Part shown: one piece after another, positions 17,178 through 26,933 of the stretch
How the letters are laid out: every line of letters begins with the position of its first letter
How positions within the stretch are numbered: the first letter of the stretch is position 1
Assembly (NCBI GenBank): GCA_025934025.1
Contig: JAICYU010000001.1
Coordinates: forward strand, 587-64,586
Direction of reading: 5' to 3'
DNA: 64,000 bases
From: Terriglobales bacterium
GTDB lineage: Bacteria > Acidobacteriota > Terriglobia > Terriglobales > Acidobacteriaceae
Notes under the pieces: generated by a model
What the model was told of the DNA's origin: nothing
Database searches by the model: none
The model's input: only the letters and a program-made list of their open reading frames with translations
Made by a program: the position numbers and the translations under genes

Positions 17178-17762
17178 TTAAGCAGACGCGGCGGTCAGCT
17201 TGGTGGGCTCGACGGTTTCCATCTTGGAGGCGCCGTTCATTTCCTTCTGGCCGGGCTTGCGAATATCAATGCTGCCCTTGAAATAGGCGCCGTCTTCGAT
17301 GCTGATGCGCTGGCAGATCACGTCGCCAGCGAGCGAGCCTTCATTGCGGATGTCCACGCGGTCGCTGGCGGTAATGTTGCCCTTCACTTTGCCAAGGACC
17401 ACGAGTTCCTTTGCGTTCACGTTGGCCTGGATGGTGCCGTTGCGTCCGATGGTGACGCGGTTGCCGGGAAGATTGATGGTGCCTTCCACACGGCCGTCAA
17501 TATAGAGCGACTCGGAGCCGGTGACTTCGCCCTTGATCACAAGAGACTTGCCGATGGTGGCCTGCTCCTGGCTGTTGACTACGGCATTGCGAGGCGCGGC
17601 GGCTGGCGTCGGCTCACTGTTGAACGCTGGCGTGGTGCTCATAACTGGTTTCTCCGCTTCCGGTTTGGTGGTTGTGGTGGTGCTGGGTTTGGGGTTTGCG
17701 TTGGCGTTGGGATTGGGGCTTGCACCCGGGGTCGGGTTCGACGAATTTGCAGGCTTCCACAT
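17178..17762 (-). CDS. bactofilin family cytoskeletal protein
   Basis: The bactofilin (DUF583) beta-helix core is present: SLVIKGEVTGSESLYIDGRVEGTINLPGNRVTIGRNGTIQANVNAKELVVLGKVKGNITASDRVDIRNEGSLAGDVICQRISIEDGAYFKGSIDI. The start at 17762 (MWKPANSS) is preferred over the track start at 17822. Confidence 0.8.
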   Translation of the reverse strand: MWKPANSSNPTPGASPNPNANANPKPSTTTTTKPEAEKPVMSTTPAFNSEPTPAAAPRNAVVNSQEQATIGKSLVIKGEVTGSESLYIDGRVEGTINLPGNRVTIGRNGTIQANVNAKELVVLGKVKGNITASDRVDIRNEGSLAGDVICQRISIEDGAYFKGSIDIRKPGQKEMNGASKMETVEPTKLTAASA

Positions 17763-18090
17763 CTTGTACAAATGTCCTTTCAGAAAGGTTCTGTCTGGCT
17801 GCAGCGCGCGGCTTACATCCACTGATTAGTCATTCAAAAGGGGGACAACCATCAGGGATATTGGCACGTTGGTAACCAAACTCCCGGCTGCCCGCGTCAA
17901 CTCCAGAATTGCTGAATTGGCGCTGCTTTCGGCGACGCCTCCGGCGGAAACTGCCCGGTGGTATCGCGCGAATCCACGGTAAATATTCCAATCTTAGTGG
18001 CATTTCTTATATCGGGCATGCCCCTTAAAGAAAAATTCCATTCGCGCTTAGCAGGGATTACGGCGGAGTAGGTGTTCCGGGCAGCGCTGG

Positions 18091-19410
18091 TTGCGGCAGG
18101 ACCGAATCGAGCAATCTGAATCTGCCTTGGCTTCTAAGATAAGCAACCGGCAACCTGCATCCTATGTGCGACGGATAGAATGGTTACACCTTATACCTGT
18201 GATTGTGCTGATTCTAAGTTTGGTCGCAGCAGGGCTGGCACTATGCGGCGTGGGGTTCCTTCTTCTGTGCCTGTGGAGCGCGCGCGCTTTTCTGCGGGAC
18301 TCGCGCAGTTCCGTGGGTAGCTTTGCTCCTCCTGTCTCCATTCTCAAGCCCCTGCGCGGAATGGATCCCCAGATGTACGAGAGCTTCCGCAGCCATTGCA
18401 GCCAGGAGTACCCGGAATACGAAATCATCTTTGGCGTGAGCGAAGCCGGTGATCCGGCTGTTGAGGCCGTGCAGCGACTGATGCGCGAGTTCCCGCAGCG
18501 CCAGATCCAGCTTGTGCTCTGTGATCAAATCCTGGGCAATAACCGCAAAGTCAGCAATCTGGTGCAGATGCTTCCTAAGGCAAAGTACGAGCATGTGCTG
18601 GTGAATGACAGCGATATTTACGTTACGCCGGACTATCTGCGGCGCGTGATGGCCCAATTCGTCAACCCGAGAGTAGGGATGGTGACCTGCCCCTATCGCG
18701 GGATTGCGGCCGGTACGCTGGGATCCAGGCTGGAGTCCATTGGCATCAGTACCGAATTCATTCCCGGAGTTCTAGTGGCGCGCCAGATTGAAGACGGCAT
18801 CCACTTTGCTCTGGGATCCACTCTGGCGATGAGCCGCACAGCGCTGGATGCCATCGGCGGACTCGAGCCTTTGGTGGACTATCTGGCCGACGATTTCGAG
18901 TTGGGCAGCCGCATTTCGCAAGCCCGATTCAAAGTAGCGTTGGCCGACGTGGTAGTTGAAACGCATCTTCCGGCATATACGTTTCGGCAGTTCCTGGACC
19001 ATCAACTGCGCTGGGCCCGAAGTACTCGCGATTCGCGCCGCGCCGGCTACCTTGGACTGTTGTTGACCTTTGCCGTGCCCTGGGCACTGATCGCCGTGCT
19101 GCTCGCGGCGGGAGCGTGGTGGAGTTGGTTGATCCTGGGCGTGGGACTGCTGCTGCGTGGGGCGGTTGCGCTCCAAGTAGGTGCAGGCGTAGTGCATGAC
19201 CGGGCGGTAGTGAGCCATCTATGGCTGCTTCCACTGCGTGACGTCGTCGCCTTCTGGGTATGGTTTGCCAGTTTCATGGACCACAAGGTCCACTGGCGGG
19301 GCGACATCTTTATTTTGGAAAAAGGAAAAATCCGTCCCGCGTATCCAGCGCAGGACAATCTTCTCAGCGGGCCGGGAGCGGAACAGGACAAAGTTTCAGC
19401 GCATTCGTAA
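18091..19410 (+). CDS. membrane glycosyltransferase, ceramide glucosyltransferase/HpnI-like (GT21)
   Basis: PVSILKPLRGMDP, EYEIIFGVSEAGDPA, VNDSD and HQLRWARSTR resemble the GT21/HpnI family. C-terminal TM helices are present. Confidence 0.65.
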   Translation: MRQDRIEQSESALASKISNRQPASYVRRIEWLHLIPVIVLILSLVAAGLALCGVGFLLLCLWSARAFLRDSRSSVGSFAPPVSILKPLRGMDPQMYESFRSHCSQEYPEYEIIFGVSEAGDPAVEAVQRLMREFPQRQIQLVLCDQILGNNRKVSNLVQMLPKAKYEHVLVNDSDIYVTPDYLRRVMAQFVNPRVGMVTCPYRGIAAGTLGSRLESIGISTEFIPGVLVARQIEDGIHFALGSTLAMSRTALDAIGGLEPLVDYLADDFELGSRISQARFKVALADVVVETHLPAYTFRQFLDHQLRWARSTRDSRRAGYLGLLLTFAVPWALIAVLLAAGAWWSWLILGVGLLLRGAVALQVGAGVVHDRAVVSHLWLLPLRDVVAFWVWFASFMDHKVHWRGDIFILEKGKIRPAYPAQDNLLSGPGAEQDKVSAHS

Positions 19411-21238
19411 GCAGCAGCTTCCCGCCCCATTTCCTTAAACGGCAATAAGGCGCGCTGTTGACCTCAGATGGCGTGCTCTCTTCCGCAGTCAACAGGAAGA
19501 CTGGTGTTCCACTCTGCCATAGCTTCTGGAACGACTCGTTGTCATCGAAGATCTTCGGCGCATCAGGAAACGTTGCGCCATACCAGATGTTATTGCGCCG
19601 CCCATTCAGAATCCGCGTCTGGTGATGCGTGTAGAAGTTCACGCTGGAAAAAGATTCGTAGTCGCCGTTCTCCTCGACAACCGCTCCGGGCTTCCAGTTG
19701 GCTTCAATCTTTTCTGCCAACACCTTTGACGAGAGAACCGGAGAAAAAATCTCCAACCCGCGATGCGCTGCCAGTAGCAGAACAACCGCCATTGCGGCCA
19801 GTGCGAGATTTGCAGCAACGGCTCGGTTCTTTCGGCGAAGCAGCCAGCTTGCAATCGCTCCCAAAGCAAACGCAATACCTGTCACCAGCAGTGGAACTTT
19901 GAATGCGCCCATGGCCTGCGGCGTGAGATCAAGAAAATGTCCAAAGGAGAGCGCGTAATCCTGCGGGTTCTTCTTGAGCAGTTCGGCGATGTCGTAATTC
20001 GGAGGCGGCGACTGCGATCTCAGAGCAAGGGTTACGCACACCGCGCAGGCCGCGAGCCCTATTGCCACGAGCACCAGCGCGGAAATACGCCCGCTGCGGC
20101 GCTCCGGGCTGTCTAGAGGAGAATCAGATTCGCGCGCCAGCCATCCTCCCAGCAGCAATGCCAGCCCGGGCACTCCGGGAATCACGTAATATTCCTGCCG
20201 GCTGGAGAAGCTGAAGAAGACGAGGACAACAAACATCCAAACCGCGAACAGTAGTGTTCCCCGCTGACGAGGTGAGAGTCCGCCGCGCCAATCGCGCAAC
20301 CTGACCGGAATCTCGGCCAGCGCTTGCACAATGAATGCGGTCCACGGCATCAGCCAGATCAACATCAGGCCCCAAAAGAGCCACAGAGGGACGGTGTCGT
20401 AGTCAGCGGGAAAGCGTTTGTTCAGGTAACGGAGAAAATGTTCGTTGACAAAGTAGAACCATAAGAACCCTCTCGCTTCCCCCTGGGCCGGATTGCGAAT
20501 TGCCGCCAGGACGTGCCACGGAGCAGCGATCAGCAGAAACACCAGAACGCTTGAGAGCAGGCGAAGCTTCAGCAGGCGCCGCAAATTGCTCGTGAGCAGA
20601 AGAAAAATGACAATCGTTGCAATCGGAAAGACCAGCCCGATCAGTCCTTTAGTCAGGACGTTCAACGCCATGGTGGCCGCGAGTCCCCAGCATACCGTCC
20701 GGGATGGGCGCTCCTGCTCCAGGCTGCTCAGAAAAAAGTCAAAGCCAAGCGCCATCCAGAGGGCGACTCCCATGTCAGGGATCAGGATGCGGGTGAAGAC
20801 GAAAGGGCCAAAGCCGGTTGCCATCGCCAGCGCTGAGTAGAGACCTCCGCGTTCGCCATAAACGCGCCGGCCTAGACGGTAAATGACGAGCAACAGCGCG
20901 AGCACGCCAAGAGCAAGCGGCAGCCGGGCTGACCAGTCGTGTACGCCGAAGATCTTGAAGCTTACCGCGGTGCACCAGTACATCAGCGGCGCTTTTTCGA
21001 GATAGCGGAATCCGCCATTGATGTGTAGCGTAACCCAGTCGCCGGTGAGGACCATCTCACGCGCAGCTTCGGCATGGACCGTATCGGCGTCATCTTGTAG
21101 CGCTGGATGAAAGATGGTGCCGAGATATACCACCGCCCACACCAGCACCACAATCGCGAGATAAAGCGTGTGCTCGCGAGTCCGCCGTCGCGAGAGATTG
21201 GGACTCAACGGCTCCTGAAACAGAATCCGAGCGGCCAT
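19364..21238 (-). CDS. ArnT/PMT-type membrane glycosyltransferase (GT39/GT83 family)
   Basis: The protein has at least 10 TM helices. The first-loop motif is LQDDADTVHAEAAREMVLTGDWVTLHINGGFRYLEKAPLMYW. The ATG at 21238 is preferred over 21364. The 3' end overlaps the convergent GT gene by 47 nt. Confidence 0.75.
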   Translation of the reverse strand: MAARILFQEPLSPNLSRRRTREHTLYLAIVVLVWAVVYLGTIFHPALQDDADTVHAEAAREMVLTGDWVTLHINGGFRYLEKAPLMYWCTAVSFKIFGVHDWSARLPLALGVLALLLVIYRLGRRVYGERGGLYSALAMATGFGPFVFTRILIPDMGVALWMALGFDFFLSSLEQERPSRTVCWGLAATMALNVLTKGLIGLVFPIATIVIFLLLTSNLRRLLKLRLLSSVLVFLLIAAPWHVLAAIRNPAQGEARGFLWFYFVNEHFLRYLNKRFPADYDTVPLWLFWGLMLIWLMPWTAFIVQALAEIPVRLRDWRGGLSPRQRGTLLFAVWMFVVLVFFSFSSRQEYYVIPGVPGLALLLGGWLARESDSPLDSPERRSGRISALVLVAIGLAACAVCVTLALRSQSPPPNYDIAELLKKNPQDYALSFGHFLDLTPQAMGAFKVPLLVTGIAFALGAIASWLLRRKNRAVAANLALAAMAVVLLLAAHRGLEIFSPVLSSKVLAEKIEANWKPGAVVEENGDYESFSSVNFYTHHQTRILNGRRNNIWYGATFPDAPKIFDDNESFQKLWQSGTPVFLLTAEESTPSEVNSAPYCRLRKWGGKLLLTNALKLCPVPLPAR

Positions 21239-21387
21239 GAACGCCTCATTATATGTGCGCAGGCGTAGGCGCGGCATCCCAGGCGGTACCTCGGCCATCA
21301 CACAAACAGAGACAGAGAGCAACCGGATTAACGGCGGTGGTGCAGCGCTAAAACTTGCAGTCATTGGTTCGCGCAGCGATATAAATC

Positions 21388-22536
21388 ATGCCTTCCTCAA
21401 GTCTTGCTTCGAGAATTCGTTCCATCACGTCGCGCACTCAGCCTTGGGCCATAGCCGAAGTCGAGACATTTCTGGTACGCATCCCGGTGGATCCGCCGAA
21501 GGGCGATGCCATTCAGAAATTCTCCGCGCTCGAGCTGCCCATGGTGCGCATCGCCGACGCGCAGCATAATGTGGGTCTCGGCTTCGGCTACACCATTGGC
21601 CAGGGCGGGACTACCATCCTCGAACTAATCCAGCGCGAACTGCTTCACCAGCTCGAAGGCAAAGACTCGCGGCGCATCACGCAGATCCATCATCTTCTGA
21701 AACAAAGTGTTCACGCGCTCGGTCCGGGCGTTGTGCTCTCGAACGCGCTGGCCGCAATTGATATTGCTTTATGGGACCTGAACGCCAAGCGCGAACAGAT
21801 TCCTCTGCACACGCTGCTGGGCGGCGCTAAGGACAGCGTTCCGGTTTACAACACCGACGTCGGATGGCTGAACCGCCCGACAGAAGAAATGGTTGAGCTT
21901 TCGCGGCGCGCAGTGAAGCGTGATGGCTTTCGCGCGCTGAAGCTAAAGATCGGAAAGCCCGATCCGGGAGAAGATGCGGAGCGCGTAGGCCGCGTCCGCA
22001 AAGCCATCGGTGACGACATCAAGATCATGGTGGATGCCAACCAATCGTGGACTATCAATGAAGCAATTCGCAGGCTGCGACCGCTGGAAAAGTTCAATCT
22101 GGTTTGGATTGAGGAACCGCTGCTCGCCACCGATATTCAGGGCTACCACCATCTCGGACAGCACACCAATATTCCTCGCGCTGGCGGAGAAAGCCTTTAC
22201 GATCCTGCTTATTTCTATGAAAACATTCGCCAGGACGCTCTGGACATTCTTCAGCCGGACATCGCGCGTGTAGGCGGCATCACGCCGGCAATGAAGGTCT
22301 GCGGCATGGCTGAGGCCGCAAACCTGAAAGTCGCTCCGCACGTCTCGCCTGAGTTGAGCCTGACCGTGGCGGCTGCCGTCCCCAACAGCATGTTTATCGA
22401 GTACATCCCGCAAATGGAGCCGGTGCTGCGGCACAAGCTGAAGATGGTGAACGGCGAGGCGGTAGCGCCCGACGTGCCCGGCCACGGCATTCCCTTTGAC
22501 GAAGATGCCCTTCGACACTATGAGGTGAAGCATTGA
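21388..22536 (+). CDS. enolase-superfamily enzyme, mandelate racemase subgroup (acid-sugar dehydratase-like)
   Basis: The KxK motif (ALKLKIG) is present. The metal ligands are VDANQSW, WIEEP and GGES, and a His lies in KVAPHV. Confidence 0.75.
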   Translation: MPSSSLASRIRSITSRTQPWAIAEVETFLVRIPVDPPKGDAIQKFSALELPMVRIADAQHNVGLGFGYTIGQGGTTILELIQRELLHQLEGKDSRRITQIHHLLKQSVHALGPGVVLSNALAAIDIALWDLNAKREQIPLHTLLGGAKDSVPVYNTDVGWLNRPTEEMVELSRRAVKRDGFRALKLKIGKPDPGEDAERVGRVRKAIGDDIKIMVDANQSWTINEAIRRLRPLEKFNLVWIEEPLLATDIQGYHHLGQHTNIPRAGGESLYDPAYFYENIRQDALDILQPDIARVGGITPAMKVCGMAEAANLKVAPHVSPELSLTVAAAVPNSMFIEYIPQMEPVLRHKLKMVNGEAVAPDVPGHGIPFDEDALRHYEVKH

Positions 22537-25500
22537 CGCAGACTCTCGATTTCAAGCCCCGTTATCGCATGCCTCCGGACGAGAAATTTTCTCGCGATCG
22601 CGCTATGGCTCTGGCGGAAGACTTGCGCAAGAACATCAATGGCGAGGTGCGATTTGATGATGGCAGCCGCGCGCTCTATGCCACAGACGGATCGAACTAT
22701 CGCCAGGTGCCGATTGGAGTCGTGATTCCGCGCACCATTGAAGACGTGATCCAGACCGTTGCGGCGGCGCGACGGCATGGCGCGCCGCTTCTGGCCCGCG
22801 GTGGCGGCACCAGCCTTGCCGGGCAGTGCTGCAACGTTGCGGTCGTTATGGACTTCTCCAAATACCTCAACCAGATTCTAGAGATCAATCCGGAAGAGAA
22901 GTACGCATGGGTCGAGCCTGGCGTTCCGCTGGACCATTTGCGTCATCGCGCCAATCAGTACAACCTGACGTTCGGTCCCGATCCTTCCACGCACGAGTAC
23001 TGCAATCTCGGCGGAATGCTCGGCAACAACTCCTGCGGCGTCCACTCGATGATGGCGGGTCGCACCGTGGACAACACGCACGAACTTGAAATCCTGACTT
23101 ACGATGGAGAGCGTCTGCGCGTGGGTCCGACTAGTGACAGCGAAATTGAGCAGATCATCGTTCAGGGCGGCCGGCGCGGCGAGATCTATCGCAAGCTGCG
23201 CGCGTTGCGTGATAAGTATGCGGACCTGATCCGACGCAGGTTCCCAGATATTCCACGCCGCGTTTCCGGGTACAGCCTCGACGAATTACTGCCTGAAAAT
23301 GGATTTAACGTGGCTCGATCGCTCGTCGGCTCGGAGTCCACTTGCGCCATCACTTTGCGTGCCAAGTTGCGCCTCGTGTACTGGCCGCCCAAGCGCAGCC
23401 TGTTGGTGCTGGGGTATCCCACCGTGTATGAAGCGGGCGATCACGTGCCCGAAATTCGCGAATCGCATCCGATCGGCCTCGAAGGGATGGACGACATCCT
23501 CATCGAGAACATGAAGAAGAAGAAGCTCCATCCCGAGGACGTGAAGATCCTTCCTGATGGAAAGGGCTGGCTGCTGTGCGAATTCGGCGGTGAGAGCAAG
23601 CAGGAAGCCGACGCGAAAGCGCACGAGCTGATGGCCCGCCTCCGCCGCCATCCCAACGCGCCCAGCATGAAGCTGTTTGACGATGAGCACGAAGAGTCCC
23701 TGGTGTGGAAGGCGCGCGAGTCAGGACTCGGCGCCACTGCGCGCGTGCCCGGCGAGCCGGACACGTGGGAAGGCTGGGAAGACTCGGCCGTTCCGCCGGA
23801 GAAGCTCGGCCAGTACCTTCGCGAGCTGCGCAAGCTGTTCGAGAAGCATGGCTATAATTGCGCTCTTTACGGTCATTTCGGCCAGGCCTGCGTACACACG
23901 CGCATTGATTTCGATCTGGTCACATCAAAGGGCATCGCCAATTACCGCTCATTCGTTGAAGAAGCAGCCGATATCGTGGTAAAGCTCGGCGGATCGCTTT
24001 CGGGCGAGCACGGCGACGGGCAATCGCGCGGCGAGCTGCTGGTGAAAATGTTCGGTCCCGAGCTGATGGAAGGCATGCGCGAGTTCAAGCGGATCTGGGA
24101 CCCGGAGTGGAAGATGAATCCGGGAAAAAAGATTGATGCCTATCCGCTGGACGTGAACCTGCGCCTCGGCACCGACTACAGCCCTCCGCGGGTAAAGACC
24201 AATTTCTTCTTCCCGGAAGAGAACGGCGATTTCGCGCGCGCGACTACACGTTGCGTGGGAGTGGGCAAGTGCCGCAAAGATGAGCAGGGCACCATGTGTC
24301 CCAGCTACATGGCGACGAAGGAGGAAATGCACTCTACGCGCGGGCGCACGCACCTGCTCTTCGAAATGCTGCAGGGAGATCCACTGAAAGGCGGCTGGAA
24401 GGACGATCACGTTCACGAAGCGCTCGACCTTTGTCTCGCCTGCAAGGCTTGCAAAGGTGAGTGTCCGCTTAACGTGGACATGGCCACATACAAAGCCGAG
24501 TTTCTGTCTCATTATTACGAAGGTCGGCTCCGTCCGCGCCACGCCTACTCCATGGGATGGATTTATTGGTGGGCGCGCCTGGCGCGTTTTGCTCCAGAGC
24601 TGGTGAATCTCGCAGGCGAACTGCCGCTAATTTCCAACCTTATTAAGTGGGTCGGCGGAATCTCGCAGCAGCGCCGCATGCCCAAGTTCGCCACGCAAAC
24701 TTTTACTGACTGGTTCCGCGGGCGCGGCGTTCGCAACCAGGACAAGCCCAAGGTCATGCTCTGGCCGGACACCTTTAACAACCACTTCCATCCCAAGGTA
24801 GCCAAAGCAGCGGTGGAAGTGCTGGAGCACGCGGGATACCAGGTGATCATTCCGCGCGTGTCGCTCTGCTGTGGGCGGCCGCTCTACGACTTTGGCATGC
24901 TCGATACGGCCAAGGTGATGCTTCAGCAGATCCTGACTGAACTGCGTCCGCACATCGCCGCCGGCACTCCGCTCATAGGATTGGAACCGAGTTGCGTTTC
25001 CGTCTTTCGTGACGAGATGGTCAACCTTCTCGCGCATAATCAGGATGCTGAGCGGTTGCGAGAGCAGACGTTCTTGTTAAGCGAATTCTTGATCAAGAAA
25101 GCGGACTATCATCCGCCGCAGCTCCAGCGCAAAGCCATTGTGCACGGCCACTGCCATCACAAGTCCATTTTGAAGTTTGATTCCGAGCAGGAGCTGCTGA
25201 AGCGCATGGGGCTGGATTTCAAAGTCCTCGATTCGGGCTGCTGCGGGATGGCCGGTTCATTCGGATTTGAAGAAGGAAAATTCGAGATCTCAAAGCAGAT
25301 TGGCGAGCGCGTGCTGCTGCCCGCGGTACGTCAAGCTTCGCGCGACACCCTCATCATCTCCGATGGCTTCAGTTGCTTTGAGCAGATTGACGGTCTCGCC
25401 GGGCGCAAGCCGCAGCACATCAGTGAAGTGTTGCAGATGGCAATCGCCGGCGAAGGGGGCCGGAGCATAGCCCCAACCGGCGAGCGGCACGCAGCACGTA

Positions 25501-25685
25501 CTGCAGTTGCCACCGTCGTAGGCGCAAGCGCGGTGGCTGCGGCTGGCGCGGCATTGTATTTCTCGCTTCGCCCAAGCCACAACGGACATGGACGAAACGG
25601 CGGCTCGCGCAATGGTCACCGTAAACCTGCGGAAAATGACAACGTGAAGGAGTTCAGCGGCTTTGAATCCGTCCCAAAGAGATGA
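22533..25685 (+). CDS. FAD-linked oxidase fused to a 4Fe-4S/CCG (GlcD-GlcF-like) 2-hydroxyacid dehydrogenase
   Basis: The N-terminal FAD-binding PCMH domain is indicated by ARGGGTSLAGQ. Cys clusters CLACKACKGECP and CVGVGKCRK are present, along with C-terminal CCG repeats (LCCGRP, SGCCGMAGSFG). The start overlaps the upstream stop. Confidence 0.8.
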   Translation: MTQTLDFKPRYRMPPDEKFSRDRAMALAEDLRKNINGEVRFDDGSRALYATDGSNYRQVPIGVVIPRTIEDVIQTVAAARRHGAPLLARGGGTSLAGQCCNVAVVMDFSKYLNQILEINPEEKYAWVEPGVPLDHLRHRANQYNLTFGPDPSTHEYCNLGGMLGNNSCGVHSMMAGRTVDNTHELEILTYDGERLRVGPTSDSEIEQIIVQGGRRGEIYRKLRALRDKYADLIRRRFPDIPRRVSGYSLDELLPENGFNVARSLVGSESTCAITLRAKLRLVYWPPKRSLLVLGYPTVYEAGDHVPEIRESHPIGLEGMDDILIENMKKKKLHPEDVKILPDGKGWLLCEFGGESKQEADAKAHELMARLRRHPNAPSMKLFDDEHEESLVWKARESGLGATARVPGEPDTWEGWEDSAVPPEKLGQYLRELRKLFEKHGYNCALYGHFGQACVHTRIDFDLVTSKGIANYRSFVEEAADIVVKLGGSLSGEHGDGQSRGELLVKMFGPELMEGMREFKRIWDPEWKMNPGKKIDAYPLDVNLRLGTDYSPPRVKTNFFFPEENGDFARATTRCVGVGKCRKDEQGTMCPSYMATKEEMHSTRGRTHLLFEMLQGDPLKGGWKDDHVHEALDLCLACKACKGECPLNVDMATYKAEFLSHYYEGRLRPRHAYSMGWIYWWARLARFAPELVNLAGELPLISNLIKWVGGISQQRRMPKFATQTFTDWFRGRGVRNQDKPKVMLWPDTFNNHFHPKVAKAAVEVLEHAGYQVIIPRVSLCCGRPLYDFGMLDTAKVMLQQILTELRPHIAAGTPLIGLEPSCVSVFRDEMVNLLAHNQDAERLREQTFLLSEFLIKKADYHPPQLQRKAIVHGHCHHKSILKFDSEQELLKRMGLDFKVLDSGCCGMAGSFGFEEGKFEISKQIGERVLLPAVRQASRDTLIISDGFSCFEQIDGLAGRKPQHISEVLQMAIAGEGGRSIAPTGERHAARTAVATVVGASAVAAAGAALYFSLRPSHNGHGRNGGSRNGHRKPAENDNVKEFSGFESVPKR

Positions 25686-26931
25686 CCAGCGAATTGCCTT
25701 GCTTCAGGCTGCGCTGCGCGAGCACAACCTCGATGCCCTGCTTGTCTCGCTCCCCAGCCACGTCCTGCTGCTGACGGGATACTATCCGGTTGTAGGGGTC
25801 TCAATTGCCATCTGCACACGCGATGGCGAAATTGCGTTGCTGGCGCCCGAAGATGAAAAACAATTCGCGGAGCAGGGATGGGCCACAGACATTGAATATT
25901 TCCAGCCAGTCACACTGGAAGAAATCCCGCCGCTCGCGCAGTCAGTAATCCCTCCGCTCAAGCGCCTGGCGCAGAAGATGCAGTTCGCCTCAGCAAGAAT
26001 TGGCATTGAGTCCGGCCCTGTGTCCGAACCGAGCAGCTACTCGGCATTGAACTGCTACGGCTCCGCGTTGCAGGCAATTTCGAAAGAAGTCTGGCCCGGC
26101 GCAGAACTGGTTAACGCGCACAAAGTTCTTCATCACCTGTGCGCGGTCAAAACTCCAAGCGAACTGCGCAAGATTCGCACTGCATGTTCCATTGCTGCAA
26201 GCGCCTTCGAGGGCGGACGCAAGACCATTGCTCCCGCAGCTTCCGAAATCGAACTCGCAGCCGGCTTTGCCCGTGAGTTTGCCACGGCTGCCGCATCCGC
26301 GGGTATTGACCGCCAACATGCGTTTCTCTACTGCATGTCCGGACCAAACTCTGCGCAAGCCTATTACGCTTTTGCGCACTCTACAGATCGCAAGCTTGGC
26401 CGCCGTGACTGGGCGCTTGTCCACTGCAATTCTCAGGTAGGAGGCTACTGGACGGACATCACTCGTACTTACGTGATGGGCGAATACACAGAGCGCCATC
26501 AGGAGATGTTCCGTGCCGTGCTGGAAGCGCGCGATGCGGCCCTGGCCGTCATCCGGCCCGGAGCAAAAGCGAGCGCTGTTGATGCTGCAGCGCGAGAAGT
26601 AATCGAGAAGCACGGATTCAAAGGCGGGTTCAAACACCAAACCGGCCATGGCGTGGGCTTCGGCGCGATTGATGCCCACGCGCTGCCGCGTATTCATCCG
26701 AAGTCAGGCGATGTCCTTGAAAACGGGATGGTTTTCAATGTTGAGCCGGCGATTTATCGCGAAGGCTTCGGCGGGGTGCGCCAGTGCGAGATGGTGGCGG
26801 TTACAGACACAGGCGCGGAGATCCTCACGCCATTTCACTCGCAGTTCGCCGACCTGCAGATTTCAGCAAGAGTTTCTGAAAGAAACATTCACCCCCGCAG
26901 AAAACCTTCTCGGCTGAAAAAAGCGTCATGA
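25663..26931 (+). CDS. M24 family metallopeptidase (Xaa-Pro peptidase/creatinase-like)
   Basis: The pita-bread fold motifs are present: GGYWTDITRTY, HQTGHGVGF, VFNVEPAIY and EMVAVT. The TTG start overlaps the upstream gene by 23 nt. Confidence 0.75.
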   Translation: MNPSQRDDQRIALLQAALREHNLDALLVSLPSHVLLLTGYYPVVGVSIAICTRDGEIALLAPEDEKQFAEQGWATDIEYFQPVTLEEIPPLAQSVIPPLKRLAQKMQFASARIGIESGPVSEPSSYSALNCYGSALQAISKEVWPGAELVNAHKVLHHLCAVKTPSELRKIRTACSIAASAFEGGRKTIAPAASEIELAAGFAREFATAAASAGIDRQHAFLYCMSGPNSAQAYYAFAHSTDRKLGRRDWALVHCNSQVGGYWTDITRTYVMGEYTERHQEMFRAVLEARDAALAVIRPGAKASAVDAAAREVIEKHGFKGGFKHQTGHGVGFGAIDAHALPRIHPKSGDVLENGMVFNVEPAIYREGFGGVRQCEMVAVTDTGAEILTPFHSQFADLQISARVSERNIHPRRKPSRLKKAS

Positions 26932-26933
26932 GG

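Noticed and set aside
17862-17877. TGGCACG is a perfect sigma-54 -24 box in the bactofilin/GT intergenic region.
   Set aside because: The -12 position reads TAAC rather than TTGC, with no GC at the required spacing. The nearest + strand gene is 230 nt away.
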